From Nitrospirota bacterium (GTDB taxonomy: Bacteria > Nitrospirota > UBA9217): DNA of 27,874 nt. Position 1 is the stretch's first letter. Every line of letters begins with the position of its first letter. The notes under the pieces are model-generated. The model ran no database searches and had not been told where the DNA came from. It saw nothing but the letters and a program-made list of their open reading frames with translations. Shown piece by piece: positions 18,344 through 27,874 of the stretch. The stretch covers positions 1-27,874 of the forward strand of contig CAVUHW010000001.1 of NCBI GenBank assembly GCA_963741205.1, in the 5' to 3' direction. Made by a program: the position numbers and the translations under genes.

Positions 18344-18449
18344 GAAAGCTCTCTCCGAATGTGAAGGTGGAGTGGATGATCCTTTGAGCCTTCGGCTCAG
18401 GGGAAAGCTCCATCCCAGCCGCGCCCTTGTTACTTCTTGTCAGATTGAT

Positions 18450-18481
18450 AAAAAACGCTGCACCGGGTTTCCCGTGCAGCG
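18450..18481 (-). terminator. Rho-independent terminator after 18524-19102
   Basis: Minus strand CGCTGCACGGGAAACCCGGTGCAGCG followed by TTTTTT. Confidence 0.8.
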
Positions 18482-18523
18482 AGCAAGCAACCAGTATTTG
18501 TTTAAGGATCAGACGGACCGACC

Positions 18524-19102
18524 TTATGGTTTTTTCACCGAGATCGTCACGATCGAGGTGTACTCCACAACGACCTCATCGCCCTTATGGATCTCATTCA
18601 GTCTTTTCACCTGCGGTCCGACCGTGAGATTCATGATGTTCCCTTCGGGCAGTCTGAGTGATACCTCGCGGGTCTCGTAGTTGATATTTTCTACTTTGAC
18701 GGTCATGATACCCGTGGTATGCTTGGTCCCCCCCGGCTTCTCTCCGAGTTTTGCCCGTGTCATTGTTGTTGTTTCCTTGTTAACCGGCGCTCCTGTTGAT
18801 TTCCGCACTTCGAGCGCCACTGATTGGGAATTTTCAATGGTAACGAGGTCGCCAACCTTCAACTGGTCGAAGTTCCTCGCCTCCTCCCCGACCTGCATCT
18901 CGACGAGGCCGCCTTTGGGGCCCTTGAGGACGACCGTGCGATACTTGGGGTTGATTTCCACGACCGTGGCCGTGATGCTCGAGGCCTCGGTCAGCACACC
19001 GGAAGGCCTATCTTTCGCCGTCTTTTCAGCGGCTCTTGCAGGCATTTGCACCAGAACAGCCAGTACCAACAGAAGCACTATTACTGCCCATACTTGTTTC
19101 AT
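18524..19102 (-). CDS. Exported hypothetical protein with two internal OB-fold-like repeats
   Basis: 192 aa. Signal peptide ARA-A; AGGAGGAG RBS; repeats TATVVEIN...RTVVLK...LKVGDLV and TVKVENIN...REVSLR...IHKGDEV. Confidence 0.8.
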   Translation of the reverse strand: MKQVWAVIVLLLVLAVLVQMPARAAEKTAKDRPSGVLTEASSITATVVEINPKYRTVVLKGPKGGLVEMQVGEEARNFDQLKVGDLVTIENSQSVALEVRKSTGAPVNKETTTMTRAKLGEKPGGTKHTTGIMTVKVENINYETREVSLRLPEGNIMNLTVGPQVKRLNEIHKGDEVVVEYTSIVTISVKKP

Positions 19103-19195
19103 TGCACTCCTCCTCGCACCATATGATTGAATTTGTAACGCCTTTTTTCTTAAAACGGGGTGGAAAATAGAATACGCTCATGGTGAATAGGTACG

Positions 19196-19225
19196 ATTCT
19201 ATCATATAAAGACGACGGCTGTCCA
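19196..19225 (-). promoter_or_regulatory. Candidate sigma70 promoter for 18524-19102
   Basis: TGGACA-18 bp-TAGAAT with TGn extension, in the AT-rich divergent intergenic region. Confidence 0.45.
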
Positions 19226-19276
19226 TATTATTGGCGGATTGTTATTCGTGAATATCACATTATCGGATATGGAGGT

Positions 19277-19305
19277 TTGCAAACAGTGCCGTAATTTCGT
19301 ATAAT
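19277..19305 (+). promoter_or_regulatory. Candidate sigma70 promoter for the AsmA-like gene
   Basis: TTGCAA-17 bp-TATAAT. Confidence 0.65.
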
Positions 19306-19381
19306 CACCATGAGAATACCGGAAACCGATAACAAGCCCTAGTATTTATTAGTGCCGGGTGGTCAGGGTAAAAGGACATCC

Positions 19382-22073
19382 ATGCAACCACCATCACGAT
19401 CATTTCGCCGGATCGCCTGGGCAGCGATCATCATCATAACCGCTCTGATCCTCGTACTGCTGCTCGCCCCCTGGTTCATCACAACAGCGCCGATCGAGAG
19501 CAAGATCAGGTCCCTGGTAGCGAAGCACACCGGCGATGCCGTCACCTTTCAAAGCGTTCGTCTTTCCCTGTTCCCCCGCCCCCAGCTGATTGTCCGCAAG
19601 GCCGGCATCTCATTCCACGGTACGGCAACGGGAATGCTGAAATCGGTGCGCATCTATCCCGAGCTTCTGCCGCTTCTCCTGGGCCGGATACACGTCGCAC
19701 GGGTATATCTGGAACAACCGGACCTCGTCCTGGAGTTCTCCGAGTCCGGTGAACGGATACCGGAAAAAGGGCCTGTATCGCGGGCAGAACATCAAAAAAA
19801 GATTGCCGCAGCGATCGCAGCGATCCGTTCCTTTGCCCCTGAACTGGTCGCCGAAGTGGATGAGGGACGTATCGTCGTTTCCGTCGACGACAAACAGGTA
19901 ATGCTCGTCAGCAACCTGCGGATCCGCTGTGCGCTTCCGCCGAATGGCTTCGACATCGAGGCCACCGGCAACACCGACCACTGGGGAACGGTATCGGCAA
20001 GGGGCCGGTTCCTGTCGACCGGCGAGGACAGCCTCGAGATAAAGAATCTTTCCCTGTCAGGGGGCCGTTCGTCACTCTCCGATCTCTCCGGCCGGCTTAG
20101 CTGGGGAAAAGCCCCTTCTCTCGAGATCACATCGGGAAGTTCCGTGATCTTCCTGCAGGATCTTTCGGAACGGCTTTCAACTCATGAGATGATACGGAAC
20201 GCCCTGAGGTCGGTCAATGTTCTGAAGGGCACCATTAACCTTACCAGCTTTACCTTCGCCGGCCCGCTTCTCCATCCCGGGAGCGGGACTATGGAAGCAG
20301 TAGGGAGTGTTGAGAATGTCGCCGTCGATGCGACAATCCTTCCTGGTCCCGTGAAGGTCAACAGCGGCGCGTTCAAGGCAACGATGGACAGCGTTTCCGT
20401 AACTGATGCCCGAGCGTCAATCCTTGACTCTTCGTTCACCACATCAGTCCTTATCTCAGGACCCATTAACGCCCTACGTTCGGTGGATGTATCCCTGACA
20501 GGGAAAGTTCGGCCCGGAAACGGTCCGATGGGTATCAGTAAGGTTCAATGTGCCGTCTGAGCTGACCCTGCGTGCCCCCCTAACGCTTTCGCAGACACGT
20601 CTTCGTTGGCAAGTGGACGGCAAAACATCGCTCCGCGGCAAGCTGCAGGTGCAGGACGGCCCCCTGGTCTCTACGAATATCACTTGGGATCAGCAGGAGA
20701 CGGTGGTCAAACAGTTCGACATCCGGGACGAAGGGTCCAAGGCCTCATTCACGTTCCACCGCCGGGACAAGCTCCTTGATGTCTCATTCGCAGGAAACAT
20801 ACACGAACAAACCCTGAAAAGCTTGTTCGAGCAGTCCTCGTTCCGTCATGGATGGATACAAGGCGACCTTAAGGCCCACGTGGTGCTGGACCGCCCGCAG
20901 GAGTCACTTGTCCAGGGAGAGATCGAGGGCAAGGACCTGCTTGTCCCGTGGGCACTCAAGACGCCGCTTGAACTCAACAGCATCCGTCTGAACGCTCGCG
21001 ACAAGACCATTACGATTGAATCGTCTGATCTCACACTGGCTGATATGCATTTCACCTTTGCCGGGACCTTCACCGCATCGGCGCAACGATACCTTGTCGA
21101 CGGAGATCTTGGCGCATCAGCGGTCGCCATCGAGACATTGCAGAGCGCGCTGGGTGAAGAGGTGAAACAGGATGCTCCCGGAGAGAAACCGGACAAGGCG
21201 CCGCGACAAAGACCGTTGCCCGTGCACGTATCGCTCCGATTCAAAGCGGACAGCCTCTCTTACGGCAAGTTCGTTCTCAATCCCGTACAGGCGACCATTA
21301 TCCTGGCCCCTCCTGAGTTCAGGGTAGAACATTTCGATACCGTATTCTGCGGGATCACCATGCGCGGCGGTCTTTCGCTCGCCGGCAAGGACATCAGCGT
21401 TGATCTCAAATCCGAAGCGAAGGGGCTTCAACTGGAGCCGGCGCTAGCCTGTCTCGCCGGCAGGGAGCAGAAGATAACCGGTGTCTTCGATCTGCACGGG
21501 TCTCTCTCTGCTCACGGAAAATCTGATGCCCTTGTTTCTTCTCTCCAGGGATCGGCAGAGTTCACGGCCCGGGAGGGCCGCATCTACGAGCAGCTCACGC
21601 TGGCAAAAATCCTCTCGGTGCTGAATGTATCGGACTTGCTGCGGGGAAAACTGCCAGACTTCAGGACCAAGGGGCTCCCCTATCGCTCGATCTCGATCAA
21701 GACCGGCCTGCGGGGCGGGGAGATCGCACTGCGGGAAATGGTAGTTGACTCTTCCGCGATGAATATCGCCGGCCAGGGTGTGATCGATCTGAAGGACTCC
21801 ACGGTCCGCATGACGGTGCTGGTTGCCCCTTTTACGACCGTTGACCAGGTCGTCAGTAATATCCCTGTGGTGAATTATATTTTCCAGGATACCCTTGTTT
21901 CCATACCCGTGACCGTGAACGGCAGGATGAACGACCCTGATGTGAAGCTCCTGCCCGCATCTGCCGTCGGTGATGACCTGCTCGGCATCCTGAAGCGGAC
22001 ATTGAAAGCTCCGGTCAAGGTCATCGAACCGGTCCTTCCGGGAGAGAAAAAAAAGAAGGCCGGCAAAGAATGA
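19382..22073 (+). CDS. AsmA-like family protein; apparent frameshift at ~20515
   Basis: Two ORFs join to ~896 aa. N-terminal TM anchor, LSLFPRP and LLPLLLGRI motifs, beta-rich body, AsmA_2-like end (GLPYRSI...MNIAGQGVIDL...VTVNGRMNDPDV). Confidence 0.8.
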
Positions 22074-22157
22074 GCAGGGCTACAGGAGCATGTTCAATGA
22101 GGCGTTTGGGGGGGAGCTAACGAAATGGTTTTCCGCTAAGCAATGTTCTGGCGAGTG

Positions 22158-22779
22158 CTATCGAACCATTTTTTCCTGAACTAGCTTTTTCACAACAGTT
22201 GTGGTGAACGGTTTGATCAGCTTAGTGGGCCCCTGCTGGTAAGAGGTCTGGGACAGTGCCGACCAGATTGGTTTGCGTGTCGCGGTCAGGTAGAGGGTTG
22301 TTTCCATGCTGATCACGTTGTAGTCGTAGGATATGTCCCGCACGCCTACATCAGACGTAACGCCGCCGTAATAACTGTCATAGCTGGTTTCGAATCCCTG
22401 CGGAACGGCATACCGGCGGAGAGGCGTGTACGTGCCCCCCATATCTTTCTTGAGGAACTTCACTGCGATAATCTCATCGGCGCCGAGTTCCTGTACTTTG
22501 GCCAGGACCTCTTCCTTGCTCGGGATTTCACGGCCCGGGATCACGGTATAGCTTGCAACGGCGTCGTTCCCGCGCGCTTTGAGCTGACGGACGAACTCGT
22601 CTTCAACCAGGCTCCGGGGACCGCGTTCCTTCGACAGCCCGACGACGAATATTTTCGCCGGATACCCCTGGTGCTCCTCGTCCTTCCACTCGAGCGACCA
22701 GCTTCGTTCCATAACAGGAGGCCAGAAGACCAAGCGATATGATCGCGATAACCAAAACCTGTATGAACCTGCTTTTCAT
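22158..22779 (-). CDS. DUF4136-like lipoprotein, paralog 2; apparent frameshift at ~22692
   Basis: MKSRFIQVLVIAIISLGLLASC (lipobox) joins the track ORF at EWKDE to give ~206 aa, colinear with 22833-23435. Confidence 0.7.
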
Positions 22780-22832
22780 GCTGTTCTTTTCTCCCTGGGG
22801 CTGGACCTTTCCCGGGCCCCGCTATTCGGTCG

Positions 22833-23435
22833 TTACTTTACCGGTCCTGCCGCAATCACCTTCTGGCCTGCCAGATTGTCACCGATGATCTTGGTGAACG
22901 ACACTATCAGGCTCGGGCTTTTGTCATTGATCCAGGTCTCCGACGCGGCAGTCCATATAAGTTTGTCGGTCTTGAGATCATACAGGTTCGTCTGCACAAC
23001 AGCATATTCGTCCTCGACAACATAGCCCGGGCTGTAGGAATAGTAGCTATGCCACCCATAGCTCGCCGGCTGGGTGCCGGGCATATAGGACGTCACAGTT
23101 TTTTTGTCCATCAGCCGTGAAATGAGCACGGCATCAGCCCCCAGTTCATTCATTTTCGCGGTGATCGTTTCCTTGTTCGTTTCGACCTCTTCCGGAAGAA
23201 CGGTATAGCCGGCAACGGCGTCAGTGCCGTGGGCTTTCAACTGCTTCACCATCTCGTCCTCGAAGATACGCCGGTTCCCCGGTGTCTTGAGCATGCCGAT
23301 GACCAGGATCTTCCGGGGATGGTCCTGGTATGCCTCGTCCCGCCACACAGAGGTGAGCCTTGTGGTCGCGCAGGACGGAAGAAGAAACAAGGCCAGCACG
23401 AATATGGAAACAACATAACGGTACACTGGTATCAT
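22833..23435 (-). CDS. DUF4136-like lipoprotein, paralog 1
   Basis: 200 aa. Lipobox LPSC; RRIFEDEMV..L, GADAVLISRL, Tyr/Gly-rich loop, TNLYDLKTDKLIWTA. Confidence 0.75.
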   Translation of the reverse strand: MIPVYRYVVSIFVLALFLLPSCATTRLTSVWRDEAYQDHPRKILVIGMLKTPGNRRIFEDEMVKQLKAHGTDAVAGYTVLPEEVETNKETITAKMNELGADAVLISRLMDKKTVTSYMPGTQPASYGWHSYYSYSPGYVVEDEYAVVQTNLYDLKTDKLIWTAASETWINDKSPSLIVSFTKIIGDNLAGQKVIAAGPVK

Positions 23436-23751
23436 CGTTTTTTACTCTCCTTTCAGCATAAGCGCGTTCAGGAATGCTTCCTGTTTCGCCCTCATATCCA
23501 CAGCGTTACGATGCCGACATAATAGCAGAGACCAAAATCTTAAACAAGGGGAAAAGGAGTCTTTTGTCTCAGCTTTACAAAGCCAGAGGGCGATGATATG
23601 CTAGTCATGACTCTGCGCGGTAGAGACCGCTGGAAGAACGTAGGATACATGTACTATTTCTGAAAAGAAAGAGATCCCCTTGTCACAATATCGCTTTCCT
23701 ATGATACTCTTGAAAAAAGACTTTATGGATACGGGAAGGAGAGGATAAGAC

Positions 23752-24039
23752 ATGGACCGTGACATCATGCAGGATATCGAGGATTTGAAAAAACAGCTCC
23801 AGGCGCTCGAGGCAGCCAAAGACCAGGGAGGCGCGCAGGCCTCCTCGGAGGAGTCGGAACAGGGCCCGCGGGAAGAGACCGGAGGAGAGGCGGGAACCTG
23901 GCTCCGTGACATTATCGAACAGGCCAAGGCACTGATGGGCGATCTCGACATTCAGTTCAAGGACGTGCCGGCGAAGACCGCGCTCGTAATCTTCGCGCTC
24001 GGAATCCTCACGGGTCGGCTGCTCAGCCGCAGGGGGTAG
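23752..24039 (+). CDS. Small tail-anchored membrane protein, ElaB/YqjD (DUF883)-like
   Basis: 95 aa. N-terminal DIEDLKKQL coil and C-terminal P..TALVIFALGILTGRLLSRR. Confidence 0.65.
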   Translation: MDRDIMQDIEDLKKQLQALEAAKDQGGAQASSEESEQGPREETGGEAGTWLRDIIEQAKALMGDLDIQFKDVPAKTALVIFALGILTGRLLSRRG

Positions 24040-24043
24040 AAGT

Positions 24044-24532
24044 ATGGATCTATTCCTGGTAAAGTTGCGTCTCTTACTGAAGGCGGAGATGATCCTCTTT
24101 CGCCTCCAACTGCGCCGCACCGTCCAGCAGGCCGCGTTCTACATCGCCGCTGCTCTTCTGGCCGTTCTGGCTGCGGGCATGCTGAATATCGCCCTCTATC
24201 TGTATCTCGTCCCGCGTCTCGATAATGCCGGCGCTGCTCTCGCAGTTGCCATCGTCGATATCGTACTGGCCTCGGTGGCAGTCGTTCTTGCCGGCCGTCT
24301 GCAACTTGGCCCCGAAGTTGATGCTGTGAAGGAGACACGCGAGGCCGCGATCGCAAGTCTTGCTGCAGATGCGGAGCATGTCAAGACCCAGATCGCAGAC
24401 CTGCAAGACGATATTAAGCGGATTCGTACAACCGTGACCGGCTTTATGAGCTTCGAGGGCTTCAATTTTGCTTCGTTGCTCCCGTTGGTGCCTGGGCTGC
24501 TCCGCCTTCTGTTGCGGCGGAAAGACCGGTAG
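24044..24532 (+). CDS. YqjE-like two-TM membrane protein (phage-holin-superfamily-like)
   Basis: 162 aa. LLKAE..L, two TM segments, then a coiled coil; starts 4 bp after the ElaB-like gene. Confidence 0.65.
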   Translation: MDLFLVKLRLLLKAEMILFRLQLRRTVQQAAFYIAAALLAVLAAGMLNIALYLYLVPRLDNAGAALAVAIVDIVLASVAVVLAGRLQLGPEVDAVKETREAAIASLAADAEHVKTQIADLQDDIKRIRTTVTGFMSFEGFNFASLLPLVPGLLRLLLRRKDR

Positions 24533-24635
24533 CATATGGTGAACTAGAGGAATACTGTGGGCTGGCGCGGTATTGGGGGAATGTTCAATGCTATCCAGTA
24601 TCGAACGGCCCCAGTATTCTTGGACACGATAAGCT

Positions 24636-25502
24636 ATGCTGATGGGATTAATGGGATTATCTGTACGAAGAGTTCTCATTTCCTTTTTTCCCCTGCTTGT
24701 TTTGTTCTTCGTGGGCTGCAGCTCGTTCTTTTTTTATCCCCAGAAACAGGAGCAGGATAATCCCCTTGCCCAGGTGTTTTCTCCCGAGGATATCTACTTC
24801 AAAACCCCCGATGGGATAACCTTGCATGGCTGGTTATTCGAGGCTAATCCTCAGCCCTTGGGAACTATACTGATTCTTCACGGCAACGCGGAGAATTTAA
24901 GCACGCATGTGAATGGCGTCTTGTGGCTGGTTAAGGAAGGGTTCAATATATTCATCTTCGACTACCGCGGTTACGGGAGGTCTGAGGGAAAACCCAGTCT
25001 CAAAGGCGTTCATATCGATGCAGAGGAGGCCCTTAAAACCGTTCTTAACCTGCCGCAGACAAAGGGCGGAAAAGTAATTGTTCTTGGCCAGAGCATCGGC
25101 GGGGCGATCGGGGTTTATACCGTTGCGAATTTCCAGCATAAAGACCGAGTTGCCGCACTTGTCATCGACAGCGCATTTTCAAGCTATCGTCTCATTGCGA
25201 GAGAAAAGCTCGGGCAATTCTTTCTTACCTGGCCATTCCAGTACCCGCTGTCGTTTCTCTTTAATGATGATTACAGCCCTCTGAGGTGGATTAAAATGGT
25301 GACGCCTGTGCCGGTTTTAATCATTCACGGCGCAAGTGATCCGGTAGTTGCTTCACATCATGGTTTCATGCTTTATGAGGCGGCGCTCATGCCCAAGGAT
25401 TTCTGGGAAACACCCGTACCAGGGCATATCACGGCCTTTGCGGATGAAGAAGTCAGAAATAAATTCGTGCGCTATCTCTCTGAGCATCTGAACATGCCGT
25501 GA
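24636..25502 (+). CDS. Alpha/beta hydrolase lipoprotein (YfhR/ABHD-like); exact start uncertain
   Basis: Lipobox FVGC; HGNAEN, DYRGYG, nucleophile GQSIG, HGASDPVV, PGH (Ser-Asp-His triad). Confidence 0.88.
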   Translation: MLMGLMGLSVRRVLISFFPLLVLFFVGCSSFFFYPQKQEQDNPLAQVFSPEDIYFKTPDGITLHGWLFEANPQPLGTILILHGNAENLSTHVNGVLWLVKEGFNIFIFDYRGYGRSEGKPSLKGVHIDAEEALKTVLNLPQTKGGKVIVLGQSIGGAIGVYTVANFQHKDRVAALVIDSAFSSYRLIAREKLGQFFLTWPFQYPLSFLFNDDYSPLRWIKMVTPVPVLIIHGASDPVVASHHGFMLYEAALMPKDFWETPVPGHITAFADEEVRNKFVRYLSEHLNMP

Positions 25503-25533
25503 CGTCTCTCGCCTGTCGTCAACAATTATTGGC

Positions 25534-25562
25534 TTGACAATGATAGCGGATATTGCTTTAAT
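25534..25562 (+). promoter_or_regulatory. Candidate sigma70 promoter for DUF3015-DUF4105
   Basis: TTGACA-17 bp-TTTAAT with TGn extension; AAGGAGGG RBS follows. Confidence 0.6.
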
Positions 25563-25596
25563 ATCTACGTTGTCATCAAATCCTAAAGGAGGGCTT

Positions 25597-26071
25597 ATGA
25601 AAAAGGTATGTATGGTAATGGTTGTTGTAATAGTTTCTCTCATGCTTGTTGGTTCAGTGTTTGCGGGACAGGCGACGAGTAACACTGGTTGCGGGCTTGG
25701 CACCTTGCTGTTCAAGAACAACGCCGATAATTCTATTCTTCTCCAGGCGTTCCAGAGTACGACGAATGCCCTCTTTCGGTAACCAGACCTTTGGAATCAC
25801 CAGCGGTACCTCGGACTGCCAGCAGCCGAAGAACTTTGTGAGCAACGACAAGGCAAGTGAGTTCATGGCCGCCAACATGGACAATCTGGCGAAGGACATC
25901 GCGCAGGGCCGCGGAGAGACCTTGGACGCGTTCGCCGAGCTCCTTGGTGTGCCGACGGAAAAACGCCCCGAGTTCTATAGCCTGCTCCAGTCCGGCTTCG
26001 CCAAGATCTTCACGTCCCCGAACGTGAAGATGGCAAGCGTTATGGACAACATTTCGACCGTCTCCAAATAA
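25597..26071 (+). CDS. DUF3015 family exported protein; apparent frameshift at ~25771
   Basis: ~157 aa after removing one base. Signal peptide, GCGLG, TTN, NQTFGITSGTSDC, LAKDIAQGRGETL. Confidence 0.82.
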
Positions 26072-27874
26072 TGGCAGTGCATATGTCTCGAATTGCCGGG
26101 GCATGCAGAACTTTCCGTTCTGTATGCCTTTTTCTTTGCCTCCTGGCTGCAATCCTGCTGCCGGAAACGAGTCCGGCCGCGGAGGGCTACTTAAGCGAGC
26201 TGCAACAGCAGGCCCGGGAGAAGGGGCTCGCGCGGGCTCGCACCTGGGAGGTCCTGCTCCACTACAAGCCAACACGTTTCGGCACCCTCAGTCTTGTGGA
26301 CGATCCGTCGTTCTTCAACGCGAAGGACGGGAAGAAGGATCCCCAGGCTGAACTCGATGCCACGCTCGCCGCCTTTTTCCAGGTGGGCGTGCATGGGGAT
26401 GAAGAGCATCCCCGGTGCAGGTTCATTGCCCGGTATACGTGGCTGCACGACGAACTTGCCATCGATGAGCAGCGCCTGCCGAAGGCTGACTGCGCTAAGT
26501 TCGAGAAAGCACTGGCGGAGGTAAGCCCAAGGTCGCTCGTTCTCGTCTATCCTAACACGTTGCTAAATAGTCCTTCCTCCATGTTCGGCCATACCTTGCT
26601 CCGGATCAATACAAAATCAGAAAGTGATTTGTTATCACATGCCGTAAGCTACGCTGCAATAACGGGTGAGGAACCGGGGTTTTTTTATGTGTTAAAAGGC
26701 CTTTTCGGATATTATAAGGGCCGCTATTCCAATCTGCCCTATTTTGAAAAAGTGAAAGAATATAGCGATCTGGAACAGCGAGATATTTGGGAATATCATT
26801 TAAATTTTTCGCCAGATGAAGCCTATAAAACATTCCTTCATACCTGGGAAATGAAGGATTACTATTCTGATTATTATTTTTTTGATGAGAACTGTTCGTT
26901 CGAGCTGTTGTTTCTGATCGAAGCGGGTCGACCATCGCTCAGACTTACCGACGAGTTCTATGATAAGTGGCGGTTCTGGGTGATTCCCGTTGACACGGTG
27001 CGTGTGGCGCAAAAATCCGGAATTGTCGAGCGTATGACCTACCGGCCGTCGAAAGCAACACTGATCCTTCGGATAGCGTCAGAGATGGACGAACGGCTCA
27101 AAGAAATGACCTTCGAGGTCGTTGACGGAAAGCTGCAGCCAAAAGATGTCCTCACTATGGAGCTGCCAAGAGCGAAGAAGCGGGAGGTCCTGGACCTTGC
27201 TGCGGAGCTCACGCAGTATCGTTTTTCCAAAGGCAAACTGGAGGAAGAAGGCTACAAGAAACAGTTCCTGGACATCCTTTCGGCGCGCAGCACCCTCGGC
27301 ACGCCTCCCGCGGACCCCTATCCCATTGTGACTCCTCCGCCGCCGGACCAGGGACACCTGTCGGCCCGCATCCGGACGGGTGGCGGATACCGGACCGATT
27401 CGTGGTTCGGCGAGTTCGAATGGCGCGCAGCCTACCACGATATCACGGACCTCGACGAAGGGTATGTGCGCGGGGCCCAGATCAACTTCTTGGATACGTC
27501 CTTACGCTACTATTTCAACGACGATAAACTGCGGCTCCACCGGTTGAGGATCATCGACATCCTGTCCCTCTCGCCGTGGAACGGCATCTTCAAGCCCATC
27601 TCCTGGAAGGTGAATGTCGGTGTTGAGGAAATCCCGCTTTCCGACGGCACTGACCATCCCATCCCCCGTCTGAACGCCGGAGGAGGAGTGAGCACCGCTG
27701 TCGGCAAGACGGGTCTGGTCTATCTGCTTGCCGAAGGGGACCTTATGGCGAGCACGCGGCTCGACCCGGACTATGCCCTTGGTTTCGGAGGCACCGGCGG
27801 CATGATGATGAACCTGACCCGCGACTGGAAGGTGAATATCTGGATGCAGGGTTTGTTCTACTCGATGGGGGACA
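26071..27874 (+). CDS. DUF4105 (Lnb N-terminal-like) domain protein with beta-rich C-terminus; runs off the window
   Basis: Manual translation is open from ATG 26071 (TAATG overlap with the DUF3015 stop): WEVLLHY, DPQAELDATL, CRFIARY, NSPSSMFGHTLLRI, KGLFGYYKG, EQRDIWEY, YYFFDENCS, AYHD. Confidence 0.85.
   Translation, partial: MAVHMSRIAGACRTFRSVCLFLCLLAAILLPETSPAAEGYLSELQQQAREKGLARARTWEVLLHYKPTRFGTLSLVDDPSFFNAKDGKKDPQAELDATLAAFFQVGVHGDEEHPRCRFIARYTWLHDELAIDEQRLPKADCAKFEKALAEVSPRSLVLVYPNTLLNSPSSMFGHTLLRINTKSESDLLSHAVSYAAITGEEPGFFYVLKGLFGYYKGRYSNLPYFEKVKEYSDLEQRDIWEYHLNFSPDEAYKTFLHTWEMKDYYSDYYFFDENCSFELLFLIEAGRPSLRLTDEFYDKWRFWVIPVDTVRVAQKSGIVERMTYRPSKATLILRIASEMDERLKEMTFEVVDGKLQPKDVLTMELPRAKKREVLDLAAELTQYRFSKGKLEEEGYKKQFLDILSARSTLGTPPADPYPIVTPPPPDQGHLSARIRTGGGYRTDSWFGEFEWRAAYHDITDLDEGYVRGAQINFLDTSLRYYFNDDKLRLHRLRIIDILSLSPWNGIFKPISWKVNVGVEEIPLSDGTDHPIPRLNAGGGVSTAVGKTGLVYLLAEGDLMASTRLDPDYALGFGGTGGMMMNLTRDWKVNIWMQGLFYSMGD

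Noticed and set aside
18360-18420. Fluoride riboswitch upstream of cti
   Set aside because: GGGATGGAG...CTCC is superficially similar, but the conserved 3' UGAUG/UAAUG-AC element is missing and the gene context is atypical.
19156-19167. CGGGGTGGAAAA also present at ~816-827 and partly at ~1910
   Set aside because: A single 12-bp match without dyad structure cannot be distinguished from chance here.
24044-24532. Prophage inferred from a holin-like gene
   Set aside because: The ElaB/YqjE-like pair is an ordinary chromosomal arrangement, and no phage genes are nearby.
7829-25771. Programmed +1 frameshifting as a genome-wide mechanism
   Set aside because: There is no common slippery sequence or adjacent stop codon, so sequencing error is the simpler explanation.

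Overview
GC-rich bacterial (diderm-type) chromosomal window of mostly envelope and signalling genes. I found no rRNA, tRNA, CRISPR array, transposase or integrase. Positions 1-14.7 kb form one co-oriented minus-strand cluster: membrane NarX/UhpB-type histidine kinase, NarL/LuxR response regulator, stand-alone receiver, two paralogous outer-membrane beta-barrels, a Cys-rich repeat protein, an 8-CxxCH cytochrome c fused to HEAT and TPR repeats, a DUF1254/DUF1214 lipoprotein, a small membrane protein (two copies), a Cys-type arylsulfatase carrying an unusual transmembrane-hairpin insertion, and a receiver protein with a ferritin-like tail. The cluster carries several duplication/deletion scars, including a 1.7 kb inverted triplication at 432-2125. 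The remainder holds an OmpA/MotB lipoprotein, cti, an AsmA-like protein, two DUF4136-like lipoproteins, an ElaB/YqjE-like pair and a hydrolase-DUF3015-DUF4105 trio. At least eight isolated frameshifts are each repaired by removing one base, which points to long-read consensus error rather than true pseudogenes. Family names come from motif recognition only; no searches were run.
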